DNA of 64,000 nucleotides from Acidimicrobiales bacterium (GTDB taxonomy: Bacteria; Actinomycetota; Acidimicrobiia; Acidimicrobiales; QHCF01), in the NCBI GenBank assembly GCA_039583615.1, contig JAVKSQ010000004.1, positions 5,162 through 69,161 on the forward strand, given 5' to 3'. The position numbers and the translations under genes are program-made. How positions within the stretch are numbered: position 1 is the first letter of the stretch; each line of letters opens with the position of its first letter. The notes under the pieces were generated by a model. That model was not told the origin of the DNA. It worked only from the letters and a program-made list of their open reading frames with translations, and did no database searches. Of the stretch, positions 37,466 to 46,557 are shown piece by piece.

Positions 37466-38293
37466 TCAGCCCCCCCACCACCATGCCAGCCCGGTAACCC
37501 CCGGGCCGGTGTGGGCGACCATCACCGGGCCGAAGCTCTGGACGAAGGCGGTAGCCGGCTGGACCTCGGCCCGGATGGCCTCGAGCAGTCTGACCGCTGA
37601 CTGAGGGTCGAGGGCATGCAGGGCGCCCACGTGCAACGGGGCGCCGGGGATCCTTGTGCGCCGCCACTGTGACAGGAGGTGGCTGGTGGCTGCTGGCTGG
37701 CTGAGAGACGGCCGCAGGGCGTGGATCCGACCGGCCCGGAACTCGAAGAGCGGCCGCACTCCCAGGCGCCGCCCCGCCCAGCCGGCCACCTCGGGCAGGC
37801 GCCCTCCGCGCACCAGGTACTCGAGCGTGTCGACCGCCGCCACCAGGCGTACCCGGGCGGCCACGCTCCGCGCCCGGGCGGTGACCTGCTCGACGCCCTG
37901 GCCCTGCCCGGCCGCCTCGGCGGCGGCCAGGACGACCAGGCCCTGGGCTCCGGCCGCGGTGGCGGTGTCGATCACCTGGACGTTCCCGCCGGTCTTCTCG
38001 GCGGCCAGCTTGGCTGTGTGGTAGGTGCTGCTCATGCGGGACGACACGGTGAGCACGACCACCCCGTCGCCGGAGTCGGCCCTCTGGATCGCCTCCACGA
38101 AGGCTCCCGGGGTCGGGCCGGAGGTGTGGATGCCCTCGTCGATGCGGGCCACCATCTCGCCCAGAGCAACCTCGTCGTCCCGGTAGCTGGTGCCGCCGAT
38201 CGTGAGGTGCATGGGCACCACGGTGATCCCCCACCGCCCGACCAGGTCGGCCCCCAGGGCGGCCGCGCTATCTGTGATGACGGCGACTGCCAT
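37466..38293 (-). CDS. DegV-family fatty-acid-binding protein (FakB-like)
   Basis: VAVITDSAA…, TSGPTPGAF and VLTVSSRMSSTY motifs. ATG 38293 sits inside a longer ORF-track entry. Confidence 0.85.
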   Translation of the reverse strand: MAVAVITDSAAALGADLVGRWGITVVPMHLTIGGTSYRDDEVALGEMVARIDEGIHTSGPTPGAFVEAIQRADSGDGVVVLTVSSRMSSTYHTAKLAAEKTGGNVQVIDTATAAGAQGLVVLAAAEAAGQGQGVEQVTARARSVAARVRLVAAVDTLEYLVRGGRLPEVAGWAGRRLGVRPLFEFRAGRIHALRPSLSQPAATSHLLSQWRRTRIPGAPLHVGALHALDPQSAVRLLEAIRAEVQPATAFVQSFGPVMVAHTGPGVTGLAWWWGG

Positions 38294-38408
38294 GTGCCTC
38301 GTTCCCGGAGCTGTCGGCGGAGAGGAGCGGGCTCGACGCGGTGCCTGACCCAGCTGCCTCGCGAAATCCGGCTGGTGCCGCCGAGCGTCCTGCTCCCACG
38401 CTAGCGGA

Positions 38409-39038
38409 TCAGTGCCCGGCAGGTGCCGAGGCGTTGCCGGGGCCAACGCCGGCCGCCGGATCACGGTCGAAGATCAAACGGCTGAGGTAGGTGGAGCCCC
38501 GGGACGGCCCGGTGGGGACCTGGTTGCCGAGCAGCCGCTTGGCCAGGAGGGGCAGGGTCACCGCTGTTCCGGCCCACCAGCCGGACCGGCCGCGCGTTCT
38601 CGCCAGGAGGGGCGGCAGGCCGAGCATGGCCACCAGGCAGCCCACCGCGGTCTGGCCGACCAGGCGGCCGACTCCCAGTCCCAGGGACAGGACAACGGTT
38701 CCCTCGGGGGCGAGGACGGCGGTGGCCCCCAGGGCGGGCGAGATTCCTCGCCCGCCGGCGCCCCGCAACCACGGAGACCAGTTGTGGCCGGCCACCCCGA
38801 GCCCGGCGGCCAACGCGCCCAGCCCGGGCCGGCAGCGGCCGGCCAGCGCCGGGCCCACTGCCCCCTTGGCCACCTCCAGGCAACCGACCAGGGCCAACGG
38901 GCCGAAGCTGGTCACCTCGTAGAGGGAGGTGCCCGACACCGTGCCGGTGCCGAACCGACGCAGGTCGATGCCCGCCAGCCGTCCGGCAGCCAGGTTGGCC
39001 AGAGGCAGTGACCCTACCCCGAAGGCGGTGGCCAGCAC
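38409..39038 (-). CDS. plsY: PlsY-like glycerol-3-phosphate acyltransferase family membrane protein (divergent)
   Basis: FGVGSLP…IDLRRFGTGTVSGTS…GHNWSPWLRGAGGRGIS resembles the PlsY motifs, though GSGNxGATN is degenerate. Start is uncertain (GTG 39038). Confidence 0.5.
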   Translation of the reverse strand: MLATAFGVGSLPLANLAAGRLAGIDLRRFGTGTVSGTSLYEVTSFGPLALVGCLEVAKGAVGPALAGRCRPGLGALAAGLGVAGHNWSPWLRGAGGRGISPALGATAVLAPEGTVVLSLGLGVGRLVGQTAVGCLVAMLGLPPLLARTRGRSGWWAGTAVTLPLLAKRLLGNQVPTGPSRGSTYLSRLIFDRDPAAGVGPGNASAPAGH

Positions 39039-39742
39039 GGCTGGGGCCGGCAGGCCTCGCCCGCCCGCGCCGGCACCGGCGTCCGATGGTGGGGGGCCAG
39101 CTGGGCCAGCGCACCCCAGTGCACGTGGATGCCGTCGGTGTGCAGGGCCCGCCTGAACCACAGGGTCGACACTGCCACAGCCAGGCCGATGACCGCTACC
39201 GAGATGGCGGTCTTGGCCACGACAAACGTGCCTACTGACACGGTGAGGAGGAACAGCAAGGTGGCGGTGGCATTGGCGAGGAAGGCGACCGTCCACAGCA
39301 GCGAGACCCTGAGGAAGAAGCGGCGCACGCACGGCCGGGCCAGCAGGTCGGGGTCGAGCGGGCAGAAGTCGCGGGCCATGCGCTCGGCCAGGGGCTGGCC
39401 CGCCGGCACGGAGACCAAGAAGGCGGCCGCCACCAGGAAGGTCCCCACCGTTGGCTGGAGAAAGTAGACGAAGGCGCTGCCAGTGGCCCACGACACAGCC
39501 GTCCGCACCGTCAACATGGCAGTGCCCACCAACAGCATCCCTGAGACCCGGCTGCGGGTGATCAACCGACGGGCCACCGCCGCCCAGGACCAGGCCAGGG
39601 CGGCGATGAGAGCATTGCGGAAGCCGAGGCCCATCAGCACCCCGTAGAACAGGGCGGCGGGGGCGAGGGTGCTCTCCACCAGGGTGGGCAGAGCATGGCG
39701 CGCCAGGGCTCTGGGCGATGGCAGGTGGATAGTGATAGCCAT
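39014..39742 (-). CDS. hypothetical multi-pass membrane protein
   Basis: ORF from ATG 39742 with 5-6 hydrophobic segments. No catalytic motif recognised. The C-terminal end may be shorter because of overlap with plsY. Confidence 0.45.
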   Translation of the reverse strand: MAITIHLPSPRALARHALPTLVESTLAPAALFYGVLMGLGFRNALIAALAWSWAAVARRLITRSRVSGMLLVGTAMLTVRTAVSWATGSAFVYFLQPTVGTFLVAAAFLVSVPAGQPLAERMARDFCPLDPDLLARPCVRRFFLRVSLLWTVAFLANATATLLFLLTVSVGTFVVAKTAISVAVIGLAVAVSTLWFRRALHTDGIHVHWGALAQLAPHHRTPVPARAGEACRPQPCWPPPSG

Positions 39743-39887
39743 GGCAGCACGAGCTCTCCAGTCGGTGAGCGGAGACGGCGCCCGCGGGGAAGCGGACGAG
39801 ATGGTGTCTGGGGCCCAAGCTAGCTCACCGACGTCCGGTTGGCCAGCCATCCGACGTGGCGTTCCCAACCTTCTCTAAGGTGGGTCC

Positions 39888-40388
39888 ATGCGGTTCGTGG
39901 TTGAGCAGCCCATCGCCGCCCCCCGGGAGGCGGTGGAGGCCGCCTTCGCCGATCCCTCCTTCTACGCCCAGTTGGGCACCCTCGACGACATAGCCACTCC
40001 CGAGGTCCTCACCACCCGCCGTGATGCCGCCGGCCTGGTGCATCTCCGGGTCCGCTACGCCTTCGTCGGGGACCTGGGAGGGGCGGCCCGAGCGGTCCTC
40101 CACCCGGCCAGGCGCACCTGGGTCGACGAGTCGTGGTTCGATCCGGCCGTCCACCGGGTGAACTTTCACATGGTCCCCGAGCACTACGGGGGGCGCCTGG
40201 AGTGCTCGGGTAGCTACACCTTCGAGGTGCTCGCCGCCGATCGGACCTCGCAGGTCATGAGGGGCGAGGTGCGGGTCCACTACCCACTGGTGGGAGGCTT
40301 GGCGGAGCGGGCCATCGTCACTGGCCTGCGCCACCACCTTGGCCAGGAGGCAGCTGTCATCGAGCGGTGGGCGGCTGCCCATGCCTGA
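39888..40388 (+). CDS. SRPBCC/DUF2505-like protein
   Basis: 166 aa; [11 protein letters not shown]… and an overall pattern reminiscent of actinobacterial DUF2505. Weak call. Confidence 0.45.
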   Translation: MRFVVEQPIAAPREAVEAAFADPSFYAQLGTLDDIATPEVLTTRRDAAGLVHLRVRYAFVGDLGGAARAVLHPARRTWVDESWFDPAVHRVNFHMVPEHYGGRLECSGSYTFEVLAADRTSQVMRGEVRVHYPLVGGLAERAIVTGLRHHLGQEAAVIERWAAAHA

Positions 40389-41304
40389 GGGCGCCGCTGA
40401 CCCAGCCTGGTTGCTCGAGGGGTTCGCACAGTCCCTCACCGGTCAGGCCGATGCCACTGTGGAGGCCTACGCCAGGGACGTGGGCGCCTTCGTCACCTGG
40501 GCCCAGAGAGGTGGCCTGGTCGGACCGGGGGAGGTCGACCGCCTCCTGCTGCGCCGCTACCTCGCCTACCTGTCGACCCGGCGCTACGCCCGGCGCAGCA
40601 TCGCCCGCAAGGCCGCCGCCCTGCGCCGCTACTTCGCCTGGCTCAGCCGCCGCCAGGTTATCGGCAACGATCCCTCAGCCCGTCTGTCCGCTCCGGCCGG
40701 AGAGGCCCGGCTGCCCCGGGTGCTCAGTCGCTCCGAGGCAGCCCGCCTGCTCGACGGTCCTGACGGAGCCGCCCGGGAGAGGGCCAGACCCGGCGGCCCC
40801 CAGGCCGAGGCGGTACAGCTCCGGGACGACGCCGTGCTGGAGCTTCTCTATGGCAGCGGGCTGCGGGTGGGGGAGCTGTGCGGACTGGGTGCCGGTGGCC
40901 TCGACATGGCGGGGAAGACGGTCACGGTGTGGGGGAAAGGCTCCAAGCAACGCCGGGTCCCTATGAACGCGCCGACGGTAAGGGCGCTGGAAGCCTGGAT
41001 GGAGCGGGGCCGGTCTCACCTGGCTGGCCCGCAGACCCCTGAGGGCGCCCTCTTGGTCAACCGGCGGGGCCGGCGGTTGAGCCCCCGCGACGTCCGGCGC
41101 ATCCTCGACCGGCGAGCTAGCGCCCCCACCCACCCCCATGCCCTGCGCCACAGCTTCGCCACCCACCTGCTCGACGGCGGGGCAGACCTACGGGTAGTCC
41201 AGGAGCTGCTCGGGCACTCCAGCCTCCAGACCACCCAGATCTACACCCACGTAAGCAAGGAACGCCTGATCGGCGTCTACGGCCGGACCCACCCGCGGGC
41301 GTGA
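40381..41304 (+). CDS. xerC: tyrosine recombinase XerC
   Basis: N-terminal SAM-like domain (…[15 protein letters not shown]…), then catalytic ARLP…, [12 protein letters not shown] and [15 protein letters not shown]. Sits near rpsB, as in other actinobacteria. Confidence 0.85.
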   Translation: MPEGAADPAWLLEGFAQSLTGQADATVEAYARDVGAFVTWAQRGGLVGPGEVDRLLLRRYLAYLSTRRYARRSIARKAAALRRYFAWLSRRQVIGNDPSARLSAPAGEARLPRVLSRSEAARLLDGPDGAARERARPGGPQAEAVQLRDDAVLELLYGSGLRVGELCGLGAGGLDMAGKTVTVWGKGSKQRRVPMNAPTVRALEAWMERGRSHLAGPQTPEGALLVNRRGRRLSPRDVRRILDRRASAPTHPHALRHSFATHLLDGGADLRVVQELLGHSSLQTTQIYTHVSKERLIGVYGRTHPRA

Positions 41305-43166
41305 GACCTGGCGCTTTTGGCGCCCTATGCTCAGCCGCGGTGCTGGGGGTGTCACTGCGACGCACGGGTGCCGCCGTGCTGGGGGTGATCCTCGGTGCCG
41401 GCGGGCTGGTCGTGGGCGCCCGCCCGGTGGCAGCCGGGCCCGATACGAGCTCGGGCATGGTGAGCTGGGTCACCAGCCAGGTCAGCTTCGAGCCCCTCGG
41501 CCCGCTCACCGTCGCCGTCCCCTTCAGCGTCGGAGGAGTCGGCAGCTATCGAGGTGCGATCGACGTGGGACCGGGCGGCGGCGGCCTGGCGCTGGTGAAC
41601 GAGGTTGGCCTGGAGGACTACGTGCAAGGCATTGCCGAGATCCCGCCCACCTGGCCGTCGGCGGCCGAGGAGGCCCAGGCCATCGCGGCCCGCACCTACG
41701 TCCTGCACGAGGCAGCCCAGCCGCCGAGCGGTCCGCTGCACGCTGAGATCTGCGCGACCGATGCCTGCCAGGTGTACGTGGGGCTGGCTCGCGAGCGTGA
41801 ACCCGGCGACGCCGGGTGGGCGGCGGCGGTGAGGGCGACCGCCGGGCAGGTCGTGGAGTACGGCGGCCAGCCCATCCTGGCCATGTACTCGTCGTCCAAC
41901 GGGGGACGCACGGTGGCCGGCTCGGAACCGTACCTGCGATCGGTGGCCGATCCAGAGGACGCCGCCAACTCCCCCGACAACTGGCGCGTGTCCATTCCTC
42001 TGGCCGATCTGGCCGGCGTCTTCGGCCTGCCCGGTCCGGTCACGGCGGTGGACCAGCAAGGCGACCTGGTCACCCTGACCTGGCATTCGAGCCCGCCACC
42101 GACCGGGCCGGCACCTTCCACCACCAGCCGGTCAGAGTCCCCCGCCACTGCCTCAGGCGCCCCCCCGACCAGCTCCACCGGGCCGACCATCTCCGCCTCG
42201 GCGGCCCCGCCCGCCCCGAGCGGGCAGGTCCAGCTGAGCGCCGAGAGCTTTCGCCAGAAGATCGACTCCGACTTGTCCCCTCCTGCCGGGTTCAGCCAGA
42301 CCCTGCCGTCGGCCCTGTTCAGGATCACCACCTCGGGACCCGACATGATCGTCAACGGCGGCGGCCGGGGCCATGGCGTGGGCATGAGCCAGTACGGCGC
42401 CCTGGGCAAGGCCCTGCGGGGGATGAGCGCCTCGGACATCCTTGCCGCCTACTACGGGGGGTTGCGGCCCAGCGCCCCTGGTCACCTGGCGCCCAGTGTC
42501 CGCGTTGGCCTGGATGACGGCATGGCCCAGGTGTCGGTGGGCGGTCCCACCGCGTTCCGGGTGGTCGACGGGCAGGGCCACCGCTTGGCCGTGGCCACCA
42601 GCGGTACCTGGCGGGTGACCCCGGGGCCGGGCTCGGGGACGGTGAGGGTCATCGCTGCTCCGGGGCAGGGAGGGACCCCGGCGCTGGTTGCCCTGGGCGT
42701 GGACCAGGCTGGCGTGGGGCACCCGGCGAGGCTCCGGCTCCGCCTGTCGGCCCCCGCTGCTGTCCGGGCCACTGACCAGGGACCCTCGGGCGGGGTGACC
42801 CCGGTGGACGCCGGGGTGGTGGCCGCCGGCGCGTCGGCGGTCACGCTGCCGGCACCGACCGCGGTTGGCTCGTATCGGGTGACCGTGACCGCCGATGCAG
42901 GTGGCGGGCGCCAGGCCCGGGTGGCCCTGTCCTTCAAGGTCGGGTCGGACTCGTCGGCATCAGCCTCGACGGCTGGCCCCTCCGCCCGGCCAGGATTGCC
43001 GGTCGGGGGCAGGGCCGCCGTCTCGTTGGCGAGAACCGGGCTGGGCCGCTCCGACCTGGCCCGCTGGGCCGCGGCCGCCGCTGCCCTGGCCGCTCTCGGG
43101 CTGGCGTGCGCCACCGCCGCTCGAGCCCGGGGCTCACCCCGGCCGGCAACGCCGCGTCACTCCTGA
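41301..43166 (+). CDS. SpoIID/LytB-domain protein with C-terminal LAxTG-like sorting signal
   Basis: [12 protein letters not shown]…AQAIAARTY…CATDACQVY…[11 protein letters not shown] Pro/Ser-rich insert. C-terminal LARTG followed by a hydrophobic stretch and an RARG tail. Confidence 0.75.
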   Translation: MRPGAFGALCSAAVLGVSLRRTGAAVLGVILGAGGLVVGARPVAAGPDTSSGMVSWVTSQVSFEPLGPLTVAVPFSVGGVGSYRGAIDVGPGGGGLALVNEVGLEDYVQGIAEIPPTWPSAAEEAQAIAARTYVLHEAAQPPSGPLHAEICATDACQVYVGLAREREPGDAGWAAAVRATAGQVVEYGGQPILAMYSSSNGGRTVAGSEPYLRSVADPEDAANSPDNWRVSIPLADLAGVFGLPGPVTAVDQQGDLVTLTWHSSPPPTGPAPSTTSRSESPATASGAPPTSSTGPTISASAAPPAPSGQVQLSAESFRQKIDSDLSPPAGFSQTLPSALFRITTSGPDMIVNGGGRGHGVGMSQYGALGKALRGMSASDILAAYYGGLRPSAPGHLAPSVRVGLDDGMAQVSVGGPTAFRVVDGQGHRLAVATSGTWRVTPGPGSGTVRVIAAPGQGGTPALVALGVDQAGVGHPARLRLRLSAPAAVRATDQGPSGGVTPVDAGVVAAGASAVTLPAPTAVGSYRVTVTADAGGGRQARVALSFKVGSDSSASASTAGPSARPGLPVGGRAAVSLARTGLGRSDLARWAAAAAALAALGLACATAARARGSPRPATPRHS

Positions 43167-43280
43167 GTGTAAGGTTTGGCCGGCCGGGCACAGCCCGTCA
43201 CGCCGTATATCCGCCGTGCGCTCCCACGGTCGCCCAGAGGGGCGCAGCGCACGGTACGTCCAACCGATGGGAGGAGCTCA

Positions 43281-44345
43281 GTGGCTGTCGTCACCATGAA
43301 GCAACTACTGGAGGCGGGTGTCCATTTCGGCCACCAGACCCGGCGCTGGAACCCCAAGATGCGCCGCTTCATCTTCGGTGAGCGCAACGGCATCTACATC
43401 ATCGACCTCAACCAGACCCTGGAGCGTATCGAGACGGCCTACGTCTTCCTGAGGGACCTGGTGGCCCAGGGCGGCACCATCCTCTTCGTGGGGACCAAGA
43501 AGCAGGCCCAGGGCCCGGTGGCCGACGCTGCCCAGCGCTGCGGGATGCCCTTCGTCAACGAGCGTTGGCTGGGCGGCATGCTCACCAACTTTCCCACCAT
43601 CCACGCCCGAGTGCGCAAGATGCAGGAGTACGAGCGCATGAAGGCGGCCGGCGACCTGGAGGCCATGCCCAAGAAGGAGGCTCTGATCCTGTCCAGGGAG
43701 CTGGAGAAGCTCCAGCGCAACCTGGGAGGCATCAAGACGATGGAGCGCCTTCCCCAGGCCATCTTCGTCATCGACACCAAGAAGGAGCACATCGCCGTCA
43801 CCGAGGCCAACAAGCTGGGGCTGCCCGTCGTGGCGGTGGTCGACACCAACTGCGACCCCGACGTCATCCAGTTCGTCATCCCGGGCAACGACGACGCCAT
43901 TCGCTCGGGCACCCTGATGTCCCGCATCGTGGCTGACGCGGTGGACGAGGGCCGCCTCATTGCCTCCCGCCGGGCCGCCCGTAGCGCCGCCCGGGCTGCC
44001 GCCTCGGCCGGACCGGCGGCGGTAGCCGATGCGGCCGAGGAGGCTCGCCGGCGCGGGCACCAGCGGGAGGCACGTCGCCAGGCGGCTGTCCAGGGCCAGG
44101 AACGGGAGGCCCGCCTGGCCTCCCGGGCAGCCCGATCGGTGCCGGCCGGGCTGGCCGAGCAAGGCGCCGCCCCGGCGGCCCCGCCGGACTCCCTGCCCGG
44201 ACCTACTGGCGCGCCTGCCCCGGCGGCCGCGGCATCACCAGCGTCGCCCGAGGCCGCCCCGCTGGCCAGATATCCCGAGCCACAGCTCTCGGGGGGATCT
44301 CCGGGGACGGAGCCACCCGAGGCTTCGCCGGGCCCCGAGGCCTGA
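43281..44345 (+). CDS. rpsB: 30S ribosomal protein S2 with long Ala/Arg/Pro-rich C-terminal extension
   Basis: [26 protein letters not shown] 43281 is preceded by GGGAGGAG. Confidence 0.93.
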   Translation: MAVVTMKQLLEAGVHFGHQTRRWNPKMRRFIFGERNGIYIIDLNQTLERIETAYVFLRDLVAQGGTILFVGTKKQAQGPVADAAQRCGMPFVNERWLGGMLTNFPTIHARVRKMQEYERMKAAGDLEAMPKKEALILSRELEKLQRNLGGIKTMERLPQAIFVIDTKKEHIAVTEANKLGLPVVAVVDTNCDPDVIQFVIPGNDDAIRSGTLMSRIVADAVDEGRLIASRRAARSAARAAASAGPAAVADAAEEARRRGHQREARRQAAVQGQEREARLASRAARSVPAGLAEQGAAPAAPPDSLPGPTGAPAPAAAASPASPEAAPLARYPEPQLSGGSPGTEPPEASPGPEA

Positions 44346-44346
44346 G

Positions 44347-45198
44347 ATGGCCGATGTGAGCGCCCGGGACATCCAGGCCCTGCGCCAGGCGACCGGGGCG
44401 GGGATGCTCGATTGCAAACGTGCCCTCGAGACGTGCGGCGGTGACGCCGATGCCGCCCGTCAGTGGCTGCGGGAGAAAGGATTGAGCCGGGCGGGCGGCG
44501 AGGCTGCCCGGGAGACCAACCAGGGAGCGGTGGCGGTTCATGCCGTCCCCGGGGACGAGAGCCCTGCGGCCGAGGGTCATGGCCCGGCCACGTCCGGGCC
44601 CGCCCCCGGCCCGGCGGCCATCGTCGAGTTGCGCTGCGAGACAGACTTCGTGGCCAAGTCGCCGGAGTTCGTCCGCCTGGTCCAGGAGCTGGCCGAGCGG
44701 GTGGCAACCGCGGGCGAGCAGGCCATCTCCGAACGTCAGGCTGAGGTGGACGCTCTGCGGCTGAGCCTCAAGGAGGCCATCTCGGTGGGGCGGGTGGTGC
44801 GCTTCGCGCCGGCCCCGGAGGCGGCGCTGGGCACGTACCTGCACGTCCAGAGCGACCGGGGCGTCAACGGCGTAATGGTGGAAGTGGCCGGAGGCTCCCC
44901 GGAGCTGGCCCATGAGATCGCCGTCCATATAGCATTCGCCCGCCCGGACTACCTGTCCGCCGACGAGGTGCCGGCCGAGCAGGTGGCCGCCGAGCGGGCG
45001 ACGCTGGAGACCCTCAGCCGCAACGAGGGCAAGCCCGAGGCCAGCCTGGACAAGATAGTGGAGGGTCGGATGCGGGGCTGGTTCGCCCAGCACTGCCTGG
45101 TCGACCAGCCCTACGTCCGGGAGGAGAAGCTCACCGTGGCTCAGCACCTCGGTGCGGCCCGGGTGACCCGGTTCGCCCAGGTGGTGGTGGGGTCCTGA
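44347..45198 (+). CDS. tsf: elongation factor Ts
   Basis: [24 protein letters not shown] is the UBA-like N-terminus. ATG 44347. Confidence 0.93.
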   Translation: MADVSARDIQALRQATGAGMLDCKRALETCGGDADAARQWLREKGLSRAGGEAARETNQGAVAVHAVPGDESPAAEGHGPATSGPAPGPAAIVELRCETDFVAKSPEFVRLVQELAERVATAGEQAISERQAEVDALRLSLKEAISVGRVVRFAPAPEAALGTYLHVQSDRGVNGVMVEVAGGSPELAHEIAVHIAFARPDYLSADEVPAEQVAAERATLETLSRNEGKPEASLDKIVEGRMRGWFAQHCLVDQPYVREEKLTVAQHLGAARVTRFAQVVVGS

Positions 45199-45215
45199 TC
45201 ACCCAGCCCGACCCG

Positions 45216-45953
45216 TTGGAGACCGCCCCCGCCGTGCCTCGGTGGCGGCGGGTAGTTCTCAAGATGTCGGGTGAGGCCCTGGCCAGCGCCGCCTCGGACG
45301 AGACGATCGACGCTGTGGTAGTCGAGCGGGTGGCCACCGAGGTGGCCCAGGCCCGGGCCGAGCTGGACGTGGAGCTGGCCATCGTGGTCGGTGGTGGCAA
45401 CATCTGGCGGGGCACCGACGGGTCGGGATCGGGGATCGATCGTGCCACCTCCGACACCATGGGAATGCTGGCCACGGTCATCAATGCCCTGGCCCTCCAG
45501 GACGCCATCGAGCGTCAGGGCCAGCCCACCCGTGTCCTCTCCGCCATCCAGATGGCAGAGGTGGCCGAGCCGTACATCCGCCGTCGGGCCATCCGCCACC
45601 TCGAGAAGGGACGGGTGGTCATCTTCGCCGCCGGGATGGGCAATCCGTACTTCACCACCGACACGCCGGCGGCCCTGCGGGCGGCCGAGATCGAGGCCGA
45701 GGCCATCCTCAAGGGAACGCACTCGGGGGTGGACGGGGTCTACAGCGCCGATCCCAAGCTCGACCAGCGGGCCACCCGCTTCGAGGAGATCAGCTTCATG
45801 GAAGTGGTCTCCCGGGACCTGCGCGTCATGGACCTGACCGCCATCACCTTCTGCAAGGACAACCGGCTTCCCATACTCGTGTTCGACCTGATGCGGCCCG
45901 GCAACATCCGCCGCGCCCTGCTGGGTGAGCCGGTCGGTACGCTTATCCGGTGA
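45216..45953 (+). CDS. pyrH: UMP kinase
   Basis: [22 protein letters not shown] and [13 protein letters not shown] motifs. Confidence 0.93.
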   Translation: METAPAVPRWRRVVLKMSGEALASAASDETIDAVVVERVATEVAQARAELDVELAIVVGGGNIWRGTDGSGSGIDRATSDTMGMLATVINALALQDAIERQGQPTRVLSAIQMAEVAEPYIRRRAIRHLEKGRVVIFAAGMGNPYFTTDTPAALRAAEIEAEAILKGTHSGVDGVYSADPKLDQRATRFEEISFMEVVSRDLRVMDLTAITFCKDNRLPILVFDLMRPGNIRRALLGEPVGTLIR

Positions 45954-46525
45954 TGGACGACGACTCGCTGGCGGAGGTGGCTCTGGCCGAGTGCCGGGAC
46001 AAGATGGTGAGGGCAGTCGCCCACGCCCGCTCCGAGTTCGCCGGGGTCCGCACCGGGCGGCCCTCGCCGGCCCTCATCGAGAAGCTGAGGGTTGATTGCT
46101 ACGGCAGCGACGCGCCCCTCCAGCAACTGGCGGGGCTCACCGTGCCGGAGGGCCGCATGCTGGTGGTCGCTCCCTACGACAAGGGCCTCATCAAGGTCAT
46201 CGAGAAGGCGATACTCCAGTCAGACCTCGGGATCAACCCGTCCAACGACGGCCAGGTCATCCGCCTCGTGTTCCCACCGCTCACCGAGGAGCGCCGCAAG
46301 GACCTGGTGAGAGTGGTCCGGCACAAGGCCGAGGAGGCCCGGGTGGCAGTACGCAACCTGCGCCGGGCCGCCCGCCACGACCTGGAGTCCTGGGAGCGAG
46401 CGGGCGAGATCTCCTCCGACGAGCTGGAGCGAGCTGAGAAGGACCTCGAGAAGCTCACTCACGATCACGTGAGCGAGATCGACAAGCTCCTGGGTCACAA
46501 GGAGCAGGAGCTGCTCGACATCTGA
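45950..46525 (+). CDS. frr: ribosome recycling factor
   Basis: [21 protein letters not shown]…[12 protein letters not shown]. Confidence 0.93.
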   Translation: MMDDDSLAEVALAECRDKMVRAVAHARSEFAGVRTGRPSPALIEKLRVDCYGSDAPLQQLAGLTVPEGRMLVVAPYDKGLIKVIEKAILQSDLGINPSNDGQVIRLVFPPLTEERRKDLVRVVRHKAEEARVAVRNLRRAARHDLESWERAGEISSDELERAEKDLEKLTHDHVSEIDKLLGHKEQELLDI

Positions 46526-46557
46526 GACGACAGGCGGGGACCGCCCGGGGAGGGACC

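Noticed and set aside
40130-40150. GTGGTTCGATCCGGCC, which resembles a tRNA T-arm (GGTTCGAnnC).
   Set aside because: The flanking bases do not form a T-stem, acceptor stem or anticodon arm, and the sequence lies in frame inside the 39888-40388 CDS (…ESWFDPAV…).
40381-41304. Tyrosine recombinase as a marker of an integrated mobile element.
   Set aside because: The sequence pattern and its position near rpsB-tsf match the housekeeping XerC of actinobacteria. No flanking direct repeats, tRNA target or phage/ICE genes are nearby.
43990-44345. Long Ala/Arg/Pro-rich C-terminal tail of ribosomal protein S2. Similar tails occur on NusA, ProRS and RluB.
   Set aside because: Low-complexity terminal extensions on housekeeping proteins are commonplace in high-GC actinobacteria. 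Nothing sequence-specific is seen, so they are not pursued as findings.
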